A DNA stretch of 64,000 nt from Alphaproteobacteria bacterium (GCA_965232515.1 CBDDPY010000002.1:4064001-4128000), one strand, 5' to 3'. Shown: positions 19,659-29,053, numbered from the stretch's first letter. Program-made: numbers and translations. Notes: generated by a model from the letters alone, not told the origin.

Positions 19659-20240
19659 ATGCTGCGATTTTCGAAACGCCCACCGAAGCAACTGCTCTAT
19701 CTCTTGCTGACGCGCGATATGAAGCTGTCGCACGGCCGCGAAATCGGCGTCGACGTCGGTTGCGGCCTGATGCAGAACCGGCGGCTGTTCCGCACCAAAC
19801 GCTATATCGCAATCGATCTCGACGAAGAGCGGCTCGCCAAGGGCCAGGCGAAGTATCCGGAAGCCGAGACGCTCGCCGCCCGTATGGAAGACGTCCGGAA
19901 CGTCGTTGGCGACCTGGTGCTGTGCGTACAAACCTTCGTCAACCACCATTTTCCAGTCGAGAACACCTATCTCGCGGCGGAAGCGCTGGTCCGGATGACA
20001 CGTACGGGCGGCACCCTGATCTTCAATATGTCGAAACGGAACCTTGGTTACGAAGACGCGGTCGACAGCTTGCTGCAACGCGACTTCGACTCCGTCACTA
20101 AGGTGACCTACGGCGCGCTAGCGGGCTGGAACTTCGGTCCGCTATCGCCCCTGGTGGCGTTTGCGATGTATCTGCTGCCAAGACTACGACATGGCCGCGA
20201 ATACGCCCGCGTCTACTATTGCTGCGTGGGCCGGCGCTGA
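19659..20240 (+). CDS. class I SAM-dependent methyltransferase
   Basis: VDVGCG motif I, YIAID, GGTLIF; GGAGG RBS upstream. Confidence 0.8.
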   Translation: MLRFSKRPPKQLLYLLLTRDMKLSHGREIGVDVGCGLMQNRRLFRTKRYIAIDLDEERLAKGQAKYPEAETLAARMEDVRNVVGDLVLCVQTFVNHHFPVENTYLAAEALVRMTRTGGTLIFNMSKRNLGYEDAVDSLLQRDFDSVTKVTYGALAGWNFGPLSPLVAFAMYLLPRLRHGREYARVYYCCVGRR

Positions 20241-20248
20241 TCTTTCTT

Positions 20249-22045
20249 CTATCCCGCCAGCTCCGCGAGATTGGTCCGGCGTACGCGGCCGCCGGGCTCG
20301 AGCTTATAGAAGGCGTCGGCATGCTCGATCGAGGTCAGGCGGTGGGCGATGATCAGAATCGTTGCGTGTTCGCCGAGTTTTGCAATCGAGTCTCGGATAA
20401 AGGCCTCGGATTCGGCATCGAGCGCACTCGCCGCCTCGTCGAAGATATAGAGGTCGGGCTGCCGGATGACGGCGCGCGCGATCGCCAGGCGTTGCCGCTG
20501 GCCGCCTGACAGCTTGACGCCGCGATCGCCCACAACCGTATCGTAGCCGTCCGGTAACTGACGCACGAACTCGTCGGCATGGGCAATCCGAGCCGCGGCC
20601 TCGATATCGGCATCGCTGGCATCCGGACGCCCAATCGCGATGTTGTCGCGAATGCTGGCGTTGAACAGCTCGGCTTCCTGGGCGACATAGCCGATATGCG
20701 CACGCAGGCTGCGCAGGCTGAAGCGGTCGATCGGCGTGTCATCGATCCGGATCGCGCCGGATGTCGGCCGGAACAGCCCCATCAACAAGTTGGCCACGGT
20801 CGACTTGCCGACACCGGACGGACCGACCAGCGCGACCGTGGCGCCGTTCGGAATCGTCAGATTAAAACTGCCCAGAACGTTGGGACCATCGTCATAGGCG
20901 AACCCGACTTTTTCGAAAACCACGTCGCCCCGGAGGCCCGGAAACGCCTCTCCGATATCGACGCGCTCGCGCTCCCAATCCTCGGCCAGCATGTCGTGCA
21001 CCAGCGAGAGCGATGGCAGGTTGGCGGCGATCTTCATACGACGGCTGACGACATAGGTGACGTAGGTGATCAGGCGCTGTGAGACGAGCACGAAGAAGCC
21101 GAGCATGGCGATGACATCCGTCGGCGCCATGCCCATGATGCTGAACATGACGAACAGCACACCGGCGACGATCGACAGAACCAACAGCTCGGTGAGCTGA
21201 TACGGCAGCTCGCTCAACATGATGAAGGCCGTTTCGGCCCGCGTGTGGCGATGCAAGTTGTCCGATAATCGGGCAATGCGCGCGCCGGCCGCGTCGAAAG
21301 CCTTTATCTGACGCACGGTCGCGACCGATTCCGCGACGATATCGGAAATGTTCTGCGCCAAGTTCAGGCGCAGGCGGCCGAATCTCATGGCGTAGCGGAA
21401 GCTGCTGCGCCGGATCGCATAGATCAGCACAAAACCAATCAGCGCGATAATCGCGGTGATCTGCCACTGCGTGAACAGCAACAACAGAATGAGCGCGGCG
21501 GCGACGATCAGGCGATTGATGAATTCGAGGATCTGCGTCACGGCCTTGGCCGCGACATAGGTTTCCTGCACCATGTTCTGAATAACGACGCCCTGACGCT
21601 GGGCGACGATGCGGGCATAGGGCGCGTCGACGAAGCGCGCGAAGATGCGGGCTGTCCAGTGTTCCCGCAATGTCATCGCGAAGTTGTAGCTGAGGCCGCG
21701 GGCCGCAACCTGCAACGCCGTTTTGACGACGAAGGCGGCAACCAACAGCGCCAACAGCAATTCCGGCCCTGCGCCGGACGGCAGCAGGTCTTGTATGACG
21801 GCCGCGACACCCCGGCCGACCTCGCCCGACGCATCGGGATCGAGCAGGCTTGTAAGCAATGGCAGAACAACCGCCAGCCCAAGCGTTTCGGCCACCGCCG
21901 CAGCCAACAGGACCGCCATCAACAGGATGCCGCGACGGCCGTGCCCGGCCACCATCAGGCGCAGTTTGGAGAGCTTTTCCGGCAGCGACGACGGCCGCCG
22001 CTTGACGGCGCCGCCCGCGCCTTTTTCTGTGACAGTCGCCGACAT
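20249..22045 (-). CDS. ABC transporter fused permease/ATPase (MsbA/PglK-like glycan flippase)
   Basis: N-terminal TM domain, GPSGVGKS, LSGGQRQR, YIFDEA, IAHRL. Confidence 0.92.
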   Translation of the reverse strand: MSATVTEKGAGGAVKRRPSSLPEKLSKLRLMVAGHGRRGILLMAVLLAAAVAETLGLAVVLPLLTSLLDPDASGEVGRGVAAVIQDLLPSGAGPELLLALLVAAFVVKTALQVAARGLSYNFAMTLREHWTARIFARFVDAPYARIVAQRQGVVIQNMVQETYVAAKAVTQILEFINRLIVAAALILLLLFTQWQITAIIALIGFVLIYAIRRSSFRYAMRFGRLRLNLAQNISDIVAESVATVRQIKAFDAAGARIARLSDNLHRHTRAETAFIMLSELPYQLTELLVLSIVAGVLFVMFSIMGMAPTDVIAMLGFFVLVSQRLITYVTYVVSRRMKIAANLPSLSLVHDMLAEDWERERVDIGEAFPGLRGDVVFEKVGFAYDDGPNVLGSFNLTIPNGATVALVGPSGVGKSTVANLLMGLFRPTSGAIRIDDTPIDRFSLRSLRAHIGYVAQEAELFNASIRDNIAIGRPDASDADIEAAARIAHADEFVRQLPDGYDTVVGDRGVKLSGGQRQRLAIARAVIRQPDLYIFDEAASALDAESEAFIRDSIAKLGEHATILIIAHRLTSIEHADAFYKLEPGGRVRRTNLAELAG

Positions 22046-22064
22046 GGCTGTTACATGACGTCTC

Positions 22065-22736
22065 GTGTCGCTATCCGCAACTGATTGGTTCCAAGTCAAG
22101 GCGCTGGCCGCCTATCGCAAGGCCGGCCTGGCGGTGCTCGACCGCCGTGGCCGCAAGGCCCTGGCGGCCCACGGCTATACGCGACTGTTCGACAGCCGGC
22201 CCGGCGACGCCAAACCGCCGATCTGGTCGGATCTGGCGTTCCTGTATCGGACGGTGCGCGAACGTCGGCCGCGGGTGATCGTGGAGTTCGGCAGCGGCTG
22301 CTCGACCGTGATCCAGGCGCAGGCGCTGGCCGACAACGCGGCCGACGGCGCGCCCGGCATACTCTATTCCCTGGAGGCCGATGCGCATTGGGGCGAAGCG
22401 ACGCGCAACTCGCTGTCGCCGTACCTGCGCGAGCATTGCGAGCTGATCGTCACGCCGGCCATCGAAAGCACGCTCGACGGCCTGCCGGTCTGGCGCTATC
22501 GCGACGTGCCCGACGTGGTACCGGACCTGGTCTATCTCGACGGCCCGGCGCTGACGCCCGAACGCTGGGCGGCGGTCGACGTGCTGGACATGGAGCCGAG
22601 GTTTCCGCCGGGCTTTCGCCTGGTCGTCGACGGACGTTACCGGAACTGCGATCTGCTGGAGCAGCATTTCCGCCGCCGCTATCGCCGCAAGCGCCGCATC
22701 GTGCTCAAGCACACGGTGTACGATCTGATCGATTGA
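22065..22736 (+). CDS. class I SAM-dependent methyltransferase (Methyltransf_24-like)
   Basis: IVEFGSGCST, YSLE, DLVYLDGP, VVDGR. Confidence 0.8.
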   Translation: MSLSATDWFQVKALAAYRKAGLAVLDRRGRKALAAHGYTRLFDSRPGDAKPPIWSDLAFLYRTVRERRPRVIVEFGSGCSTVIQAQALADNAADGAPGILYSLEADAHWGEATRNSLSPYLREHCELIVTPAIESTLDGLPVWRYRDVPDVVPDLVYLDGPALTPERWAAVDVLDMEPRFPPGFRLVVDGRYRNCDLLEQHFRRRYRRKRRIVLKHTVYDLID

Positions 22737-23430
22737 GCAGCCATTCGGCCAACTCCAGCTCGAACGGCTCGTCGATGTTGACCACCGGGCGGTCAACGAT
22801 GACGGCGGCGCAGTCCTGCTCGATGATCCGCCCCTGGTCGACCAGCGTCTCGCGCCGCACGGCGTAGGCCAGACCGTTGCGGTGGTAGTAGGCGGGAATA
22901 GTCTGACGGATACTGTGGCGCGCGCCCTCGTCGAGATAGAAGCCGATGACGCCGTCGGCATCGACCGTCAGCGTCTTGTGCGGGGTGAAATGGGCCGGCG
23001 TCGGGCTGACCGTGGCGGCCGCCGCCCGCCCGCTCTTGACCAGCGCCTCAACGGTCGCGGTCACGTCAGCCGCGGTGCGCAACGGACTGGTCGGCTCGAG
23101 TAGAATCGAGAGCGCGAACGTCATGCCGTAATGCGTCTCAGCCGCGAGCCAAGCATGCCGCCACATCTCGATCGAGGTGCTGCGGTCGCCGGCCAGCTCG
23201 GCCGGACGTGGGAACGGCGCCTCGATGCCGTGGCGCCGGGCCTCGGCGGCGATCTCCTCGTCGTCGGTCGAGACGATGGCGCGGTCGACAAACGACAACG
23301 AGGCGGCGATTTGCGCCGCCCGGCCAACCAGGCTGACGCCGCCGACCCGGGCCAGGTTCTTGCGTGGGATCGACTTGCTGCCGCCGCGCGCCGGCACCAC
23401 GGCCAAAACCGTATGTCCGTCGTAGGCCAT
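22705..23430 (-). CDS. neuA: acylneuraminate cytidylyltransferase family protein 2
   Basis: VPARGGSKSIPRKN, VSTDD, RPAELA, LLEPTSPLR, NG..Y, NIDEPFE. Confidence 0.93.
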   Translation of the reverse strand: MAYDGHTVLAVVPARGGSKSIPRKNLARVGGVSLVGRAAQIAASLSFVDRAIVSTDDEEIAAEARRHGIEAPFPRPAELAGDRSTSIEMWRHAWLAAETHYGMTFALSILLEPTSPLRTAADVTATVEALVKSGRAAAATVSPTPAHFTPHKTLTVDADGVIGFYLDEGARHSIRQTIPAYYHRNGLAYAVRRETLVDQGRIIEQDCAAVIVDRPVVNIDEPFELELAEWLLNRSDRTPCA

Positions 23431-23434
23431 GGCG

Positions 23435-24433
23435 TCAGGTCAGCGCGATACGGCGGCCGTCGGCCTGGCTCTGCCGCGCCGCCTCGATCAGGCGCATGAC
23501 GTTCAGGCCGTCGGCGAGCGTGCAGGTGGGCGTGGCGCCGCCGTCGAGCAGCGCCAGGAACTCGCGCGCAACGCCCATGAACATGTCGTTGCGTTCGCAG
23601 TCGAAGTCGGTGGCCAGCCAGTCGGCGGTCATGCCGTGGGCGACGGCGATACGGTTCGGCGCCTCCGACCAGAGGACTGTGCCGTCTTCGCCGATGAAGC
23701 GGATCTCCTTGCGGTGCGGCCGGCCGAACAGATCGAGGTGGATGCGCACGCGCAACCCGTCGGGATAGCTGAGCTGCATGTCGACATTGTCGTCCGACGT
23801 GATCTCGAGATCGCTGATCGTCTCGATGCTGGCGCTGAGCGCCGTCGGCAGGCCGAACAGCCAGAGCATCAGGTCGATCCAATGACTTTCGTCCAGCAGC
23901 GCGCCGCCACCGAGTTCGGCGCTCGACATGAAGAACTCGGCCAGCGGCTCACCCGGGTGCCAGTCGGAGAGATGCGCGGACATGATGAAGTCGACGTGCC
24001 GCAGACGGCCGACGACGCCGTCGGCGAGGCGCCGTCGCAGGTCGGCGAGCGGCGGCCACCAGCGCCAGGTATAGCCGAGCAGCAGCGGAAGGCCGGTCTC
24101 GTCAACGACGTCCGCCAGCCGTTGCGCCGCGGCGAGATCCTTGGCGACCGGCTTTTCCAGCAGCACCGGCAGGCCGGCGCGCAGCGCGGCGGTGGCCTGA
24201 TTGACATGAAAGGCCGTCGGCGAGCAGACCGCGACGGCATCGAGGCCGGGCGACGACAACGCCGCGTCGAGGTCCGTGAAGGTGGCGACGGTGGGCGTCT
24301 CGACCGCCAGCTCGGCGCCGCGTTCCGCCCGCGGATCCATGGCCGAGATTCGGCAGCCGAGCGATGCGAGGTTGCGTGAGTGCCGGCGGCCGACGCTGCC
24401 GGCGCCGACGATCAGGATATGCCGACCGCTCAT
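23435..24433 (-). CDS. Gfo/Idh/MocA family NAD(P) oxidoreductase
   Basis: GAGSVG, SPTAFH, LLEKP, GGGALLDESHWID. Confidence 0.92.
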   Translation of the reverse strand: MSGRHILIVGAGSVGRRHSRNLASLGCRISAMDPRAERGAELAVETPTVATFTDLDAALSSPGLDAVAVCSPTAFHVNQATAALRAGLPVLLEKPVAKDLAAAQRLADVVDETGLPLLLGYTWRWWPPLADLRRRLADGVVGRLRHVDFIMSAHLSDWHPGEPLAEFFMSSAELGGGALLDESHWIDLMLWLFGLPTALSASIETISDLEITSDDNVDMQLSYPDGLRVRIHLDLFGRPHRKEIRFIGEDGTVLWSEAPNRIAVAHGMTADWLATDFDCERNDMFMGVAREFLALLDGGATPTCTLADGLNVMRLIEAARQSQADGRRIALT

Positions 24434-25905
24434 CGGATGCCCCGCACCATGGCCTGGTAGGCGTCCGGATCGAACGGCAGCTCAACGAACAGCGGCGCTT
24501 CGCCCGGCCGCCAGCCGGCAAACGCCGCCGCCAGCGCGTCCTCGTTGTCGGCGCGCGCCGTGGCGAAGCCGATGCCGTCGAAGGCGGCACGCCACCCTCG
24601 TCCCTCGAACAACAGCGGCGCCTGGGTTAGGTTCGCCGACACCGCCCGCGTGCGCACGGAGCCGTAGCCGCCGTCGCTCATGTGCAGCACGGCGAGCGGC
24701 CGCCGCGCTTCGGCCGCGAGCCGCGCTTCGGCGAAGAACGGGCCGATGCCGCCGTCGCCGGTCAGCAGCACGGTCGGCACGCTGTCGTCGACCAGCGCCG
24801 CGCCAACCGCCTGCGCCAAACCGATGCCCATATAGCGGCCGGAGCCCGACGACAGGCACCAATCGGCCCGCGGCGCCCGCCAGGCATGCTCGGCGATCGT
24901 GCAGAAATAGCCGGTGTCGATGACCACGCGGACGCCGTCGGGAAACGCCGCGGCGACCGCGCGCAGGGCATGCGCCGGCAGGAAGCCGTCGTCGAGCATG
25001 TATCGCCGCAGCGCGCCGACCGCCGAGACGACGTCGTCGACGCCCCAGGGTTTGCCGGCGAGCATGTCGAACAGCGCATCGGCCGACGGCGTTTCGACGT
25101 TGACGAGCGGTACGTCGAAGGCCGGCCCGTTGAGCAACTCAGCATCCCGCAGGCCCAGACCGATCACCAGATCCGCACGGTCGAGCAACGCGGCTTCGGG
25201 CACCCGTTCGAGGCCGACGCCGGTATGGACACCGGCGGCGTGCGGCAGGGTCTCATCGACCACGCCCTTGGCGGCGGCGGTGCTGAACACCGGCAGCTGC
25301 AGCGCGTTCAGGCGGTCGGACCAGCGGGCGCGGATCGCCAACGTGCCGGCGATCACCACCGGTCGCTCAGCGCCGGCAACGGTGTCAAGCGGCAACGATG
25401 CGTCCGACGATACGGCTGCCGGTAAATCCGACGTTCGCTCGACCAGATCGAGCAGGACCGGTGCGGGCGTTTCGGCTTCGGACAATGCCGCCAGTTCGGC
25501 GAATGTGGGACCGTCAACCGACAGGCCGGCGTGTCCCTTGCTGACGCCCGATGCGAGCGCGGCGTGGTCCATGCGCTTGTGTGCTTTCGTCGCGCCCCGA
25601 CCGTAGGCCTCGGTCATCGCCACCATGGGCCAGCTTTCGAGCTGGCAGGCCGCCATGCCGGGCACCATGTTGGCGAGGCCCGGGCCCTTGATGGCGATGG
25701 CGATACCGGCCTTGCCTGCAAGACGACCGAAGGTGCCGGCCATGATGGCCGCCGCGCCTTCGTGCGCCGTTGAGTGGAACGTCACGGCTTCACGGGTCAG
25801 CGCGTCGATCAGTTCCAGACTGGTGCCGCCGCCCGGCACGCCGAAGGCGTGATCGACGCCGTGGCGGGCGACGTCGGCGGCAAGCCCGGTCAGCAGCTCA
25901 GACAC
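24430..25905 (-). CDS. thiamine diphosphate-dependent enzyme (acetolactate synthase-like)
   Basis: FGVPGG, catalytic Glu in HEGAA, GPG..N, MG.G, ThDP motif GDGG...SDGGYG. Confidence 0.88.
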   Translation of the reverse strand: MSELLTGLAADVARHGVDHAFGVPGGGTSLELIDALTREAVTFHSTAHEGAAAIMAGTFGRLAGKAGIAIAIKGPGLANMVPGMAACQLESWPMVAMTEAYGRGATKAHKRMDHAALASGVSKGHAGLSVDGPTFAELAALSEAETPAPVLLDLVERTSDLPAAVSSDASLPLDTVAGAERPVVIAGTLAIRARWSDRLNALQLPVFSTAAAKGVVDETLPHAAGVHTGVGLERVPEAALLDRADLVIGLGLRDAELLNGPAFDVPLVNVETPSADALFDMLAGKPWGVDDVVSAVGALRRYMLDDGFLPAHALRAVAAAFPDGVRVVIDTGYFCTIAEHAWRAPRADWCLSSGSGRYMGIGLAQAVGAALVDDSVPTVLLTGDGGIGPFFAEARLAAEARRPLAVLHMSDGGYGSVRTRAVSANLTQAPLLFEGRGWRAAFDGIGFATARADNEDALAAAFAGWRPGEAPLFVELPFDPDAYQAMVRGIR

Positions 25906-26842
25906 CGAAATGCTCGAGGATTTTCTCGGCCGCGCGGCGGCAGACCAGGCGCACGGCGTCCGGGCTGAAGCCGCCGCAATGCGGCGTGACGATCAGGTTG
26001 TCGTGGGTCTGGCTATAGCGGATCAGCGGATGCGCAGCGATGTCCGGCTCGCCCTCCAACACGTCGAGGCCGGCGGCGCCGATATGGCCGGTTTCCAGTC
26101 CCGCCAGCAACGCGTCCTCGTCCACGACCGCCCCGCGCGAGGTGTTGATCAGGATCAGGCCGGGCTTCGCCGCGGCCAGCAGATCGGCCGAAACCAGGCC
26201 GCGCGTCTCGTCGTTCAAGTGAACGTGGACGCTGACCACGTCGCTTTCGGCCATCACGTCGGCAATCGGGCGCTGTTCGATTCCGGCCGGCCATGGCGCG
26301 ATATGCGGGTCGTGGCCGATCACGTTCATGCCGAAGGCGGCAGCATAGCGAGCCATCCACTGGCCGATGCGGCCGCAGCCGACCAGGCCCAACGTACGGC
26401 CATTCAGCATCAGGCCGGGGAAGTCCTCGCGCACCCAGTTGCCGGCCCGCGTATGCGCCGCCGCCGCCGGTAGCCGGCGGGCGCAGGCCAGCACCAGCGC
26501 CCAGCTCAGCTCGGCGGCCGGCGTAAGGTTCCGCAGCAGTTCCGGGTCCTCGCGCAGCGTGCGCACCTCGGCGCCGCGGCCGGCGAGCGCGTGGCGCTCG
26601 ATATGGTCGGCGCCGGTCGTGGCGCAGCTGACGATTCCCAACCGGGGCGCGGCCGCGACCATGACATCCGTGATCCGCACCTTCATGGAGGCGTCGAGCA
26701 GGGCTTCGGCGTCGACCAGCGCGGCGGCCAACGCCGCCGGCTCGCCCGGCACGTGTGTCACCGCGGCGCGGCCTTCGGCCACCTCCAGCGCACCGGCGTA
26801 GCCGGCGTCGGCGCCGACATAGACGATCACCCGTTCGGTCAT
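25898..26842 (-). CDS. D-isomer specific 2-hydroxyacid dehydrogenase 2
   Basis: GCGRIG, INTSRG, DVLEGEP, TPHCGG. Confidence 0.9.
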   Translation of the reverse strand: MTERVIVYVGADAGYAGALEVAEGRAAVTHVPGEPAALAAALVDAEALLDASMKVRITDVMVAAAPRLGIVSCATTGADHIERHALAGRGAEVRTLREDPELLRNLTPAAELSWALVLACARRLPAAAAHTRAGNWVREDFPGLMLNGRTLGLVGCGRIGQWMARYAAAFGMNVIGHDPHIAPWPAGIEQRPIADVMAESDVVSVHVHLNDETRGLVSADLLAAAKPGLILINTSRGAVVDEDALLAGLETGHIGAAGLDVLEGEPDIAAHPLIRYSQTHDNLIVTPHCGGFSPDAVRLVCRRAAEKILEHFGV

Positions 26843-26853
26843 GGTCTTGGCAT

Positions 26854-28011
26854 TCAGCTGTAGTGCAGCCGCTTCTGGATACGGATGTCTTCACCGGCGA
26901 GACGCTCGGCGATCCGCGCGCCGGCGCTGCCGTCGCCGAACATTTCCGAGCGGTCGTATCGGCCGTGCGCAATCTGTTGCCGCGCCGCCGTGACGATGGC
27001 GTCCGCCTCATAGCCGGCATGCACGACGTTGGGTCCATGCTCACGACCACCCTGCCGGGTGCCGACATTCACCACCGGCACACCGAGATAGGCGCCCTCG
27101 CGCAGGCCCGACGAGGAGTTGCCGATGACACAGGCGGCATTTCCGATAAGACGGGCGTAATCCTCGGGCGCGAAGTTGCGGTAGAAATGCAGCTTGCCGT
27201 CGCCGTGTTGCTCGCGATGCATCCGGAGGCCCTTGGAGACGTCATCCGAGCCGGCGTCGACGTTCGGCCAGAGCCAAGCCGTCGGCATGTCGAGCGCCAG
27301 CACGGCCTGCAGCGTCTCGTTGATCTGATCGAAGGCGCAGCCGTACTCGGTGGTTACCGGGTGCTGCAGCACGACGATGTAGGGCTCGGCCGGGTCGATG
27401 TCGGCGCCGACGCCCTTGTAGCGCACGAAAATGTCGGACGGCAGGGTCATGTCGAGGCCGGCGATGAGGTCGATGGACGGGCAGCCGGTCATGAACACGG
27501 TCGCCGGATCCTCGCCCATGCGCCGAAGGAAATCCGCCGCCTGCTCAGTGGCGGGGAAGTGCAGGTGCGCCAGTCGGGTGACGGCGTGCCGGACGCTTTC
27601 GTCGATCGAGCCCGTGACCTCGCCGCCCTGTGTGTGCGCCAACGGAATGTTCATGTAGCTGGCGGCGACGGCCGTCGCCATCGTTTCAAAACGGTCGGCG
27701 ACGGTGAGCACGATGTCAGGCTTCAGGTTCTCGAACTGGGTGGCGAGATCCATGATCGCCATGCCGGTCGACTTCGCCATGGTTGTGGGGTTCTCGCCTT
27801 CGACGATGGAATAGACCGTCGCCGACGGCACGAAGCCGTCCTGGCGGATGACGTCGACCACATTGCCGAAGCGGTAGAGCAGCGCCGAAGCGCCGACGAT
27901 GAGCTGCAGCTCCAGATCGTCGCGCGCATGAACCGCGCGCAGCACCGACTTGATGCGGCCGTAGTTCGCCCGGCTGTTGACGACGATACAGACCTTGCGG
28001 GCGTCAGCCAT
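26854..28011 (-). CDS. neuC: UDP-N-acetylglucosamine 2-epimerase (hydrolysing), NeuC family
   Basis: ADRFE, HTQGGE..GSIDESVRHAVT, LQHPVTTE, PNVDAG, GNSSSG.RE, GTRQ.GRE, FGDG. Confidence 0.93.
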   Translation of the reverse strand: MADARKVCIVVNSRANYGRIKSVLRAVHARDDLELQLIVGASALLYRFGNVVDVIRQDGFVPSATVYSIVEGENPTTMAKSTGMAIMDLATQFENLKPDIVLTVADRFETMATAVAASYMNIPLAHTQGGEVTGSIDESVRHAVTRLAHLHFPATEQAADFLRRMGEDPATVFMTGCPSIDLIAGLDMTLPSDIFVRYKGVGADIDPAEPYIVVLQHPVTTEYGCAFDQINETLQAVLALDMPTAWLWPNVDAGSDDVSKGLRMHREQHGDGKLHFYRNFAPEDYARLIGNAACVIGNSSSGLREGAYLGVPVVNVGTRQGGREHGPNVVHAGYEADAIVTAARQQIAHGRYDRSEMFGDGSAGARIAERLAGEDIRIQKRLHYS

Positions 28012-29053
28012 CCAGATCCTCGGGTCGCAACAGACGGTCCGGCGTGACGTCGCGCGCCAGACGCCGGCCGATCAGATCGGCAATCTCGGCGGCCGGTATG
28101 CCCGAGCCCGGTTTCTTGGCGCAGAGCATGTCGGCGGCAAGGACCGTGCCGGCGGCAAGCGCGCGGGTCGCCGCCACCGATTTGGTGAAGAGCGCCCGCA
28201 TCTGGGTGAGTTCGTCGGCGAGCACGTCCTTGTCGACGGGGTGCGCCGCCATCTCGGCGAAGGCGTCGCGGGCCTCGGCGACCAGCCGGAACTCGTCGAA
28301 GGTCAGCGAGGCCGGCACGTCGGGGCCGAACATGCCCTTGTCGAAAATCACATGCACTTCGATCATGTTGGCGCCACGCGCCAGGGCCGCCAGCGCTGGG
28401 AACGGCTGGCCGGAATGATCCGACAGGCCGACGGGGCAGCCGTGCTCGGCCTTCAGCTCGTCGATCACGTTGAGGCCGACCTGGGTCAACGGCGTTGGAT
28501 ACTTGGTCGTGCATTGGAACAGCGCGACGTCGGCGCCGGCGCCGCGGATCGTGGCAACCCCCTCGGCGATCTCGGCGCGCCGGCTCATGCCGGTCGACAG
28601 CAGCACCGGCTTGCCCGTCGCCGTCATCGCCGTCAGCAGGTCGGTCGAGCGATACTCGCCGGAGCCGATCTTCCAGGCCGGCATGCCGAGCTTGTCCAGC
28701 AAGTCGACGGCGGCGAGCGAGAACGGCGTGCTGAGGAACACCAGACCGCGTTCGGCCGCGTGCGTCGCGAGACCGGCCCACTGTTCCGGCGTGAATTCCA
28801 TGCGCCGCCAATAGTCGAACCGCGTCGCGTCCTGTTTGGAAAACTTGACGCGGAAGGCCTCGTCGAGCGTCGACTCGGCTGCCGCGATATGCGTCTGGAA
28901 CTTGATCGCATCGGCGCCGGCTTCGGCCGCCGCATCGATGAAGGCATGCGCCAGGCCCAGGCTGCCGTCGTGCGCCTGCCCGACCTCGGCGATCAGAAAG
29001 CCCGGCGCGCCGCCACCGACAGCGCGGTCCGCGATGGAAATCGTGGCACTCAA
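28004..29053 (-). CDS. neuB: N-acetylneuraminate (nonulosonate) synthase family protein 2
   Basis: IAEVGQAHDG, KFQ, STPF, KIGSGE, LSTGM, QCTTKYP, GLSDH, IEVH, SAF domain. TTG start overlaps the M20 stop (TTGA). Confidence 0.92.
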   Translation of the reverse strand: MSATISIADRAVGGGAPGFLIAEVGQAHDGSLGLAHAFIDAAAEAGADAIKFQTHIAAAESTLDEAFRVKFSKQDATRFDYWRRMEFTPEQWAGLATHAAERGLVFLSTPFSLAAVDLLDKLGMPAWKIGSGEYRSTDLLTAMTATGKPVLLSTGMSRRAEIAEGVATIRGAGADVALFQCTTKYPTPLTQVGLNVIDELKAEHGCPVGLSDHSGQPFPALAALARGANMIEVHVIFDKGMFGPDVPASLTFDEFRLVAEARDAFAEMAAHPVDKDVLADELTQMRALFTKSVAATRALAAGTVLAADMLCAKKPGSGIPAAEIADLIGRRLARDVTPDRLLRPEDLDG

